DNA of 64,000 nucleotides from Psammoneis japonica (lineage: Eukaryota), in contig QPGO01000026.1 of NCBI GenBank assembly GCA_008632985.1, positions 310,001 to 374,000 of the forward strand, read 5' to 3'. The notes under the pieces are model-generated. The model saw only the letters and a list, made by a program, of their open reading frames with translations. It searched no databases and was not told the DNA's origin. This document shows positions 51,501-62,627 of the stretch, one piece after another. The translations under genes and the position numbers were made by a program. Every line of letters starts with the position of its first letter. Within the stretch, counting starts at the first letter, position 1.

Positions 51501-52340
51501 TTGCTGGATTGATCAGATGCTCCTGTCTGATGTCTCAGCTGGGTGGTGAAATGTCAGACATTGAAAATTTGGCAAAAGCACTGGCGCCGGCCAGTGCCCC
51601 ACCAACCACCACTGCAAATGCTCTGAATGGTTCCACTGGGAAAGACTTGCTGCAATGCAGGCAGAGTTGCTGCATGGAGGCAAAATGCAAAAGTGGAACT
51701 CAGAAAGGTTTGCAGTGCACCAAGTGGCAATTTTGCAGCAGGGTTGCAATGCAAAAGCAGCCAATGACATCAGGATGTTGCTCACCAGGCATGTGGATGA
51801 TTGAGGCACAGACAAGCACAAGATTCTAGCACAGTCAAATGAGCTGCCACCGTTGAAAGCAATCCACTCAAAAAGAGATGCTGGAGCCATGCACCAAGAC
51901 ATTCAACCAAATGGCGCTGCAAGGAAACCCAAGAGGAGCAGCCATGGGCCCATTTCTGAGCACAAAAAAGGTGGAGCACTTTCAACAAAAAGACCAAGAC
52001 ACCAGAAGAAGATCATTTTCACAAGCTCAGTGAGCCAGTGAGCTGCCTCAATGCCAGGGTTTCATTGCAACCAACAGCACTGCAGAGACCCCAGTGCAAA
52101 AACCATCTGGAAGTGCAGCTCAAGGTGGATCTGTGATGATTTGGGCTCGCAGATCCAACTGGTCAATTTTGACAAAATTGAACACAAAAGCAGAGGAGCT
52201 GAGACAAGCTTGTTGGCACATGCTCCAATCACACATGTCAAGACACAAAAGAGAGGGAAATGAATTGTTCCAGACTCAGGTGACCTCGCGCACAAAAAAT
52301 GCCCCCTTTTGCATGAAACGCACTGTCCAAACTTGCTGCA

Positions 52341-53741
52341 CAATTTTCAACAGTTGAGACATGACAATCTTCAAATGTGTTGTTGTGAATGCACACAGAA
52401 AGGTCTCATGCATGTGCCCATGCATTCAAAACTGTGGACTGACTGAGTTGTTGATCACCAAATGGCGCCACAGCCAATGTAAGATGAGAGCTCAATTTTT
52501 AATCCCATCAATGTGATGACATGCAAACATGAAGTGAATGTTCTCACACACACAAATTCACTCTTTAATGATGCACAAACAATGTTTTGTCAAAACACAT
52601 GAACAAAACCTGGCCTCAATGGATTGAACAAAACACAAGCAGGTGGTTGAGTTTCACAAAACATGAGAAGAAATGAAACTCAGCCCATGCAATGGCATCA
52701 ACTTTGGACCCTTTTTCACTGCGTTGTCAATGCAAAAAACTGGCGCACTTGCATCAGTTGATGCTGTGGAGGGAACACACATGGCAATGAAAAAGAGACA
52801 ATTTTCAACAGTTGAAACACAACAATCTTCAAATGTGTTGTTGTGAATGCACACAGAAAGGTCTCATGCGTGTGCCCATGCACTCAAAACTGTGGACAGA
52901 CCAAGTTGTTGATCACCAAATGGCACCACATCCAATGCAAGACAAGAGCTCAATTTTTAATTGCGTCAATGTGATGACATGAAAACATGAAGAAAATGTT
53001 CTCACACACAAATTCACAAACAATGTTTTGTCAAAAAACATGAACAAAACTTGGCCTCAATGGATTGAACAAAACACAAGCAGGTGGTTGAGTTTCACAA
53101 AACATGAGAAGAAATGAAACTCAGCCCATGCAACGGCATCAACTTTGGACCCTTTTTCGCTGCTTTGTCAATGCAAACAACTGATGCACTTGCATCAGTT
53201 GATGCTGTGGAGGGAACACACATGGCAATGAAAAAGAATTTGTCTTTGGGCACAAATTGTGCACAATTTTCAACAGTTGAAACACAACAATCTTCAAATG
53301 TGTTGTTGTGAATGCACACGGAAAGGTCTCATGTGTGTGCCCATGCACTCAAAACTGTGGACAGACCAAGTTGTTGATCACCAAATGGCGCCACATCCAA
53401 TGCAAGACAAGAGCTCAATTTTTAATTGCGTCGATGTGATGACATGAAAACATGAAGAAAATGTTCTCACACACAAATTTGCTCTTTGATGATGCACAAA
53501 CAATGTTTTTTTAAGACACACGAGCAAAACTCAACCTCAATGGGTTGAACAAAACACAAGCAGGTGGCTGAGTTTCACAAAACGCAACAAGAAATGAAAC
53601 TCAGCCCACGCAATGGTGTCAACTTTGGACCCTTTTTTGCTGCTTTGTCAACACAAACAACTGGTGCACTTGCATCAGCTGATGCTGTGGAGGGAACACA
53701 CATGGCAATGAAAAAGAGCTTGTCTTTGGGCACAAATTGTG
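52341..53741. repeat. Tandem repeat, ~460 bp unit x3
   Basis: CAATTTTCAACAGTTGA recurs at 52341, 52799 and 53264, and the whole units align. Confidence 0.9.
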
Positions 53742-55111
53742 AGTGAAATGAGGCCAAATTGTTTTGTTGCCAACAGATTTGTCTTCTTTTTGTGCCACAC
53801 TGCAGCCTGTGACAAGCATTTTCATTGTTGTTGCCAATGACACAGACTGCACAAAATGCTGCAATTCTTGTTGTGTCATTCAATTTTCCTGGAGGTTCAA
53901 GAAATTGGCCGGGCTGTCATGATCGCTGAAAGCCATTGTTTTGGCTGCCAGCTGGCTCCAATTTCATCTGCTTGTTTTGCTTGCAAGCAATGAATGTTGT
54001 GATTTCCACAAAATGTCAATGACATTGAATGAAGCACAAAACTTTTGTTTGTTTTTTGTGCAAAAAGGGGCATGTGTGCACCACCCAAGTCTGGAACAAG
54101 TCAAATGCACCCAGATCAGGCAAAAAGCTGTTGGTTCTAGAGCTTTCATTTGTGAAGTGATCGTCAATGGCCATGTTGGGAATAGATTGTTGGCACAAAG
54201 CCAGACAAGGCAACTGGCCAGGGTTTTGTTTCAGTGTGTGGGAATCACTGGTGAGTGGCACGTGCTGCAATGTTTCACAAGCGTCTGTGCACGGATGTCT
54301 CACCACAGCTGCTCTGTTGCTCTGTGAGCAAATCCTCTGAGTGACATGGACAGTGTGTGCTGTGAGAGCATTGTGAAAGGCGTGGCAACCTTGCCCTTCT
54401 CAAGCTCTCCAGGAAGAAGCATGGTGAAGAAGAGAGTTGGGGGAAGTTCACGGCTGACACAGCCTGGTTGGCTGTGGTGGCTCAGGAGAGGTTCCAAGCC
54501 AGGACTGAAAACTGGTTGCATTGCTTGACAAGACAAAATTCCAATTTTGTGGAAAAGCTGCTCCCAACATGGGACGTCTGTGGAATTGCTGGTTTTGGTG
54601 CATTTCTGCAAAAGTGACAGTTTGCAGGTTCAAGACATTTCCCCAGTGCACTGTAAAACTGCCAGTTGAAAAACTGGGAGACACTTGCATTTTGGGCCCA
54701 GTGTGCGCGCGAAGGTTTCCAAGTTTGATGCAGGGAAAGGCCAAGACTCTGGGGCTCAGCTGTGTCCTCTGCCACTCGCCCCCCATGGTTGCCCAGAAAT
54801 CCTTGCCCCCCTCTTTCAGTTTTCATTTTATTGTCGGAAAGAAAATAAAGGAGAAGGGTGAGGTGTTTGTCACAAGTCTATTTACACTCAGTTAGACTTT
54901 CTTGTCCGCAAAGCAAAGACGATTGGCCACTATGTTCTTTTGGGAATCGCCGCCATGGCCAGCAAAACGGAAGTAAAAAAGCCTAAAGAACTCAAGCCCA
55001 ACAGGTGGAGGGTACAGATCAAGAAGAGGTGGTCTTATACTCTTTTAAACATAGCACACCCGCCTGCAATACTTTTCATTCAAAGACTTGGGGACGTCTC
55101 CACTGTACGTG

Positions 55112-56182
55112 TCACCGCAACTTTTCCTCGTACAGTGAGAACATTTGCTTCAATAAATCTGTCATTAAAGAGGTCAAAGGGGACGGGTCTCCGCCATCCC
55201 ACGCCGCCAATGCGCCACGATAGGTCTCCCCCTTTTCGACTGGAATGATGATGGGTGGATAACCACATCTCATTAGGACCAAGTTTGAGAGTAAACGCGC
55301 CGTGCGACCATTACCATCCAAAAAAGGGTGGATACGAACGAACACATAATGGACTGTGCTTGACAACAACAAAGGGTGATCAATGTCCTGTCTCTCGCCA
55401 ATCCAAGAAACTAACTTCATCATCAGCTCTTCAATTTCATCAGGCATCGCAAGAAGTAGTTTTCGGTTACCAACCGAAACAAACTCCTCTTCTCCTCGAT
55501 ACTTCCCCGCGGCTGAGTGATTTTGCAGTACAAGCTCGTGGATGCACAAGATGTCGTCAATGCTGACGGCGGCATTTGTCGCAACGAGCTCCCGAACTTT
55601 CTGAAAAGCCTTGGCGTGGCCAACAATGTCTTCCATTTCCCGCAGCGTCTTGCCTTCACCGCCGATTAATCCAGACAGAATCATTGTTGTTTCGGACCTA
55701 GAGATCCGGTTCCCTTCTATTGCGTTTGAGTTGTATGTCATTTCTATGTTGAGACTCTCGTAGAGTTCTTTCAGCTTCAACCCATTTTCACGACGCAGAC
55801 GTGCAATCTCCTCATTCTTTGATGTCAGGTCGTCCAAAACGCCACGGTCGGTCTTGGCAGTGAGGTCAAAGAGACTGGAGTATTTGATGAAGGTCTCGCC
55901 TGATGGATCACTCCCCCCATTGTAGACTCGAGCCTTTTCCTTCATCCACCATTGAGTCATTTCTTGCCTTTCCTGCTGCGCTTTCTGAAAGTCTTGCAAT
56001 TTCTTCTCAATGTCCGCCCGTTCTCGTTCATAAGCCCGACGGACATCCTGTCTTTGCTGATGAATCAGGCCGCAGAAAGAGACAAAAACAGCTACCCATC
56101 CCTTCAAGTCCAGCAGATTGTATTGCGATAAGAACAAAGTGACAAGGCAGAAGGCGGCGAGAATGGACGTAAAGTATTCCAT
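55112..56182 (-). CDS. Fic-domain AMPylase (FICD/HYPE-like) with hydrophobic N-terminus
   Basis: Canonical HPFLDGNGRTARL motif, upstream inhibitory-helix motif SNAIEGN, and two N-terminal hydrophobic segments. It is an intact single-exon ORF. Confidence 0.9.
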   Translation of the reverse strand: MEYFTSILAAFCLVTLFLSQYNLLDLKGWVAVFVSFCGLIHQQRQDVRRAYERERADIEKKLQDFQKAQQERQEMTQWWMKEKARVYNGGSDPSGETFIKYSSLFDLTAKTDRGVLDDLTSKNEEIARLRRENGLKLKELYESLNIEMTYNSNAIEGNRISRSETTMILSGLIGGEGKTLREMEDIVGHAKAFQKVRELVATNAAVSIDDILCIHELVLQNHSAAGKYRGEEEFVSVGNRKLLLAMPDEIEELMMKLVSWIGERQDIDHPLLLSSTVHYVFVRIHPFLDGNGRTARLLSNLVLMRCGYPPIIIPVEKGETYRGALAAWDGGDPSPLTSLMTDLLKQMFSLYEEKLR

Positions 56183-58078
56183 TTGTGTTGTGGGTGGTAT
56201 TTTTTCTTCGTAAGATCAATTGTGATGAAGGTAGCTTGCATTGTCGAATGTGCTCATGGTGCCACTTGTCGCCATCGTGAACCGTGGAGAATTCTGCCGC
56301 CCGCGAGCGCGCACAACATCCGGCGGGTTCGAGAGAGACAATAAACAATAAGCCATGTGCAGGGGTTATGAGTCCCAAAAAAGGGTTTGGGCCGATTTCT
56401 GGTACAAAACTCACGTTGAAAATTTACGTAGAATATCTTGTTCGTCGTGCTTTTCCTGTGCTTTGCGAAAAATAGGCCACGACCTCAAAGGAATCGATTT
56501 CAGTCATAATGGTTGACACTTTGCGTACTTACTTTTTGATGACAAACACGACGATGTCCACCGTTCGGCGAAATTCCATCATTGGAAAATGTTCACCATA
56601 GTGGGACCGCAGTGAAGTGTTGATCGAATTTCTGAAAATGGAATTTTGAAGTGTCCATGCACAGAATCGTGTTGTTTGTGTAAAAGTCATCATGTAAAGT
56701 GTCAATGGTTTCATTGGAAAACGATTCCTTGAGGCGTCGGTGGAGCCGGGGAAGCACGGTAGAAGCACGAGAAAAAAAAAAAATCGGCCCAACCCTGATT
56801 TTTGTCATTTTTTCTGCGTAAAATTCTACGTGATTTTTGTGCCAGTGCACATGATGAAATGTCAATGATGAACAAGGATTTTCGATCCCTTCTGCCATTG
56901 ATGTCATCAAGCCAATGCCACTTTAATGAAGGCACAAACAAATTTGTGTTCCACCCTTTTCGCAAACTTTGATCTATCGGCATTTTCAATGCGAGTGCGC
57001 GATGACAACAATGAAGCATGCTTGCATGTGTCATGGCCACAAGCTGTGAGGCGCACCGTCACATTTGGATTGAACTCGGGGATCTTGGTGTCGAAAGCAG
57101 CCATTTGTTTGACATTTGCGATTTTTCATCGCCCACAAATTGGGGTTTCAACTGAGTCGAGTTGATGTTGGACGTGTTTCAAAGCACTGCGTTTGATGAA
57201 ACAATTGAGGGCTCTGGGCTTGTGGCATTTTATGCCATGGAGACTCAAAACAGTGAATGGGCAAACAATCAAGCCAGTGATCAGGTTTGCCAACATTTCC
57301 AAAAATGTGACAACAAAAATTGCATCACTCAACAACCAACAACCCCTCAAGAGAAAGAAACAAGAAAAGTGACTCCTCTTTGCACTTGAGTTAAAAGAGA
57401 CAACAATGCACAACAAATGTTCAAGAAGGACAAGAAGCTCTTGAATGTATGAAACAAGAAGAGAGTCAATGAACCACTCTTGTTTTGAACCTCTTGTGCC
57501 CTGTTCTCTCTTCCGTGGTGGTTGGTTGAAAGGTTGGTGGTGGTTTTTTGTGAGACTTGCAGCTTGATGCATGTTGATGCATGAAACATGGCCCATGTGT
57601 GGTGTCACCTTTGGAACATGCCACTTGTGGAGCTTGAGCAGACAGCTCTCTGTGCTCAAGCTTTTTCCACCAAATGCTTCGTCAAAGTCCAGAGATGCTG
57701 CCCCATCCCACCCAGCCATTGAAAAAAACAGTTCTTGCAAAATGCTGTCACCTGTTTCCCTCTTCCTCTGCAGAGCAGCTCTCTTGGTGACAGTGCCACC
57801 CACATGCCAGACTGTGCTCAAGAATGTTTTCCAACCTGCCAGCCAAGACACCCAACTCAGGGCTCTGTGTGGGCTCGCATCTCTCTCAAGACAAGCTGAT
57901 GTTTCTGGCACTGGAGGCAATGCTGAGCCCTCCTTCCTGTTTGACTTCCCAGGGGTGTGCCCAGACCACCTGCATGCAAGCCGAGCCACAAGAGTTGCTG
58001 TTTTTGCCAGCTTTGTTGGCAGGATGTGCCAAGGTTGCTCTGGCCATGTGTGTTGCCTGGCTGGCGCTGGCACCACAA

Positions 58079-58305
58079 TGCAAAGACAGGTGTGACAGCA
58101 GCACTTTCTGCTGTCAGCAAAGAGTGTGAGCTGGCTGGACTGCTCAACCCCACACTTCACAGTTCCTTGGCAGTCATTCCAAATCAAGTGCCAGCTTGGG
58201 ACCAACTGCACGTGGCTGGTTGCAATGCAAAGACAGCTGTGACAGCACTTTGTGACAACAAGAGAGTGTGAGCTGGCTGGGCTCCTGACCCCACACTTCA
58301 CAGCC
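58079..58305. repeat. Local duplication of an ~80 bp motif
   Basis: TGCAAAGACAG.TGTGACAGCA...GAGTGTGAGCTGGCTGG...ACCCCACACTTCACAG occurs at about 58080 and 58226. Confidence 0.7.
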
Positions 58306-59318
58306 CCTCAGCACTGGCTCCCAATCAAATGCCATCTTGGCGCCAATGGCCATGAAGCCATTGTTGCAGATCCCTGTGCCTGCCCCCTCACACAACATGT
58401 GTGGCCTTTGCAAGATGGGCCCCTGGCCAACTGCAGACTCCTCACGGCTTGCAACAAGCCACCACAACACAGAGCATTGTGGGGTGAATGCAGCACAGCT
58501 TGAGCAAGCAAGCCATGCAGGGAGCACCCAGAGCTGGCTGCTGTCCTGGGGCTCCATTCAAAGCTGAGCTGGGCTGCTTGGCTCCTTGGTGTGCGGCACA
58601 TGCTTGCTTGGCATTGCATTGTCACCAAGCAGAGCCACATGGCATGTGCCCACCATTTCTTGTGCCCGCAACAGTGGCCCCTGGCCACAAACAAGCCAAC
58701 AAAAAGTTGGGCCTGCTTTTGTGGTTGAAGAGTGAAGAAACTGTGAGTGAGGTTGGGTTCAAGAGTTTGTTGTGGCAATGCCAATTGAGAGCAACCAAAG
58801 AGAGTCGCCACCAAAAATGACTGTGTGAAGCGTCTCTCTTGCTCCTTTCTCAAGAGGAGCTTGTGTGCATGATGCAGGGTCTGAAGCAAGCACCAGTCAA
58901 GACAACAATTTTTTCCCTCTCTGTTCCACCCAAAACACAGCCTTTGAGTCAATGTGGTGCTCCTTCAACAATTGACGCACGCACTGGGAGGAGCAGCTGG
59001 AGCCAGGGCAGCTGGCCTGGCAGGGCTTGGCTCACAACCAAGCTGGGCTTCTCAGCTTGGCAGCACACACTCAGACTCACATTGTCACCCTCCTGCAGCT
59101 GCAATGTGCCCCACTCTTTGCACCTGCAGCAACCACCCTGGACCAAAAGAAGCCAGCGCAACTCTGGCCCTGGTTGCATGGTCAAATTGTGTGTGTGCTC
59201 AACTGTTGGAATCCCCTCCTTTTTCCCTTTTCCTTTGACCAGCCACGAACATGAAAAAATTGCCAGCTTGGGAGGTCTGCGGGAGTGCAAGAGAGAGAGA
59301 GTTGGGGCCCTGTGCAGG

Positions 59319-61446
59319 GGTGTTTCTTTTCCCTTCCACAACAACCTGCCGGGTTCCTCTCAACATCCACGCAAAATCGCACACAAAATGAGTGCTAGAT
59401 TTTGAGATGCAGCCACCACAAGATCAAAAACAATGGCATTGAAGCCGGTCCGGTTGCTCACATTTTTCATCACATTGCTCTCTCTGACAGGGCTTGCTTT
59501 TGGAAAGGCATCCCAAATGACTCAAAGAGATGCTGTCGAGTGCATTGTTGATCACGCTCAGCTGATGGCAGGCACGGCGAGCCTCGCCGCAGTGCTGAAA
59601 CATGGCGCAAGGACATTTCACAGCACCGAACGTCAACTCCAACGTTGGCACAAGCACTGTCTCTTTCATGGAGAACTGCCATTTGACACCACTTGAAAAT
59701 GTGTTTTTGGTGTGTGAAGCACACCTCCATCACCATGGAGAACTTGAGGTGGTGACCAGGCAGATTGACGGGAAGAATTGCTGTCAGTGACTCCCCGGCC
59801 TGCCAGCATGCATGGCAGTGAAGGACGTGTTCCAGCCGTGTGCAAAAACAACATTTGCGTGATTTTTGCATGGTCTCTCACTTGCAAACAAAATTTCACC
59901 ACCAAAAGCACAGATTTGCACAAAATTGAATGTTTTGCAACACTGACAAGACTTGCGTCAGTGTTGCAATGTCATTTTTTTTTGTGCCATCCATGTTTTT
60001 CATTGCAACAAATGAATCACAACACAACGGACAATTTTTGGCAAAACCATTGCCGTCATTTGAGTGTTGGTCAAACAATTTTTGCACAAGACCTTCTGGC
60101 AGGTGTTCCACCTCTGCAACCAAAAATCTGCATCAAATGCACCAACGTGCAATCAGCAATGAGTCTGCTGAGGGAGTTCATTGCACATGTCCCATGAGGA
60201 AAATTGAATGCCAACTAAAAAACTGTTCACATGTTCACACTCTAAACACCTGTGAAAGCCCATCCGCCCAAGCATTTTACATTGAAATGCTCCACACACG
60301 AGAGACACACAATTCATGTTCAAAATGGGTTGTTGTTTTGTGTGTTGCCTGGGGCTGGAACACGTCGAAGGGCTTTCAAAAAGGTGGGGTGCCATGGACA
60401 GAGATCAGAGCATTCAAGGTTGGTGGTTGGGGTGTCATCATGAGTCGCACTGCATTGTCTTGAGTGAACATCCAATCCAGAGTGGCATCGTCTCGAGCAG
60501 TGGACATCAAATCTTGAATGGTTTTGTCTCAAGCAGCAAACATTGTCTTAGTGCCATCATCTCAAGTGTTGGCAGCTTGCAGCAGCAAATGTGCAGTCTC
60601 AAGTGGTGTTGCCCAGCTGCTGCAGTCTCTCAAGTGGCATCATCTCAAGCAGCAGAGTGCATCTGGTCTCGAGCAGAATCTGGAGTGGCGATCTTACAGT
60701 TGCTCTAAAGTGTGCCTTCTTGTCCCACCCACAGTGCTTCTTCAGTTTGGGATGTGTTGAAGCATGCTTGATCATGTCATGAAAAAACCTTGTCAATGTG
60801 AAAGTCGCCATTCCATCCAGCTCCTTGCAACACTCTTTAGCCACCGTCTGGATTTTCTCAAACCACTTTGCATCTGAATCAGCAACCTCCACCTTCATTG
60901 TTGTTTGGCTGGAATTGGTCTTCCTCTTGGTGCATCTCATGAATGTGAAAGCACCATTGGGGAGCTTGTTGTGAGTGGAGCAACCATTGGCTTCAATGTG
61001 TGCAGTGATGAAGGGGCTGTTTCCCTTGGTGAATGATGCAGTTGTGTCAAACGGACAACTCAGCTTCAAACTTTCCAAGTTTGGAGAGTTTTGGCTTTGG
61101 TTCTTTGGATGTTCCCTTTTTGCTTGGAACAAACATGGTTTTGTCAAAGTGAATGACAAGTTTTGCAGGTTGCGGCCCCTTGGTTTCTCAAGGGCTTTCT
61201 GAGTCCTCTTCAGAATCAGACAAGTCCAAGTTGATGGCAGAACACTTTGCATCTTGACTGGGTGCATGACTGTTGTGTTCCAGCTGGTTGGTTGTGGGCT
61301 GCTTGGTGGCGGTTCTTTGCCATGGTTGACAGTGGCATGTTTTGATCCCCAGTTGTAAATTCCAGTGTTCATTTTGTGTGTGATTCTGCATGGCTGTTGA
61401 GGGGAACCTGGAAGGTTGTTGAAGGGAAAAAAAAAAAGAAGACACC
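59319..61446. mobile_element. ~2.1 kb element bounded by ~85 bp imperfect inverted repeats
   Basis: GGTGT.TCTTTT..CCCTTC.ACAACCT.CC.GGTTCC.CTCAACA.CCA.GCA.AATC.CACACAAAATGA at 59319 and its reverse complement ending at 61446. No recognisable coding content. Confidence 0.6.
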
Positions 61447-61469
61447 TCTCTCTCTCTCTTGAACCCTGT

Positions 61470-62627
61470 GACATTTCCACCGCAAACAGCACTGGAAACC
61501 GTTCCACAAATAACTTTGCAGCACAATCATGAGGATGGCAAAATTGAGACACTTGCTCAGGATGAAGCAGTCACTGAGGCATTTGAACAAAACGGTGTCA
61601 AAGGGGATTGCTCCACTTCCTCAAGGACATCAAAAGCACTTGGAAGAAAAAGCATGGTTTCCATGAAGAAGGCTCGGGACTGCTTCGTGACTCTGTGCCA
61701 CTTGTCAACCAAGGGCAGCTGGATTTTGAAGTCAAGAAGCTGGTGGCAAAGCTCACCAACCATGTGCATGGCAGGTGGTGCAACAAGCCCAACAAAGCCA
61801 AGAAGGAGGCTCAAAGGAGGATGAGTTGCCCGTCATCCAAGACCTTGGCAGACACAGAAACAACGGCGCCTGAACCCTGTGATCTTTTGGCAAGAATCAA
61901 GAGCATGGTGAGATTCATTGCCAATGTCAAGTGTGCCAAGTCAGGGGAGCCACTCATTTCAAAGGGAACTTGCAGAGTTTGCTTCATCTTTGTCAAGCAC
62001 TCCAAAAAAAAGTGCATGAGTGACAAACCTGGCTTTGACTGCTGCTGCATCTAAGCCAGTCCATCAAGTGGAAAGACAACCCTGCATTGCATTCGTGGCA
62101 TGTCACAACTGGAGGGCTTTCACAAGCACCTCAAAGAGGCTCTGGTGGCACGCCATTTGTCCCCCTTGCCAGCAGTTTGCCTTCTGGCAAAATTTGTGCA
62201 CCGATGGAATCATGATCAAGCAGCAGAAAGGGGGCTTGCACCTTCCCAGTGCACACAATTCTACAATCACAAAACAGCCCACAACATGCAAACTGCAAAC
62301 TGTGAGCATGGAGCGCATCAGTGCCAAGGCAACCTTGCAAACAAGAGCGACTTTGGACATGCTAGAGGAGGTGCCTGTGCACACCAATTGAGGCCGGTGC
62401 ATGGCAATGACCAAAATGAAAAGGATTCTGAATCACCTGTCACAACAGTGGAGAGCACCATGTCTGAAGCTTTGGAGTTCCTTGTGGAGCAAGACGGAAG
62501 GGATGGCATCCCTGTCACTCAAGTCACCAGCCATGAAGTTGAATTGTTTCAGGAGGTGCTTCTAAGATTTGCAAAAGCATGCCAAAACAACAGAGGCAGC
62601 ATGGTTTGCATGACTTTGCACACATGA
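61470..62627 (+). pseudogene. Degenerate transposase-like remnant, family uncertain
   Basis: Frameshifted peptides include RGMSQLEGFHKHL...FVHRWNHD, which resembles an RGTxxLEGFH...RWN motif I associate with eukaryotic putative transposases. This is from memory and unverified. Confidence 0.35.

Larger units (their letters stand above)
43250..54820. other. TpA- and CpG-depleted repeat domain 3
   Basis: I found only about 21 TA in 45200-54200. CpG is also scarce at 47-54 kb, and the ORF translations are nearly Tyr-free and rich in Cys and His. Confidence 0.9.
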
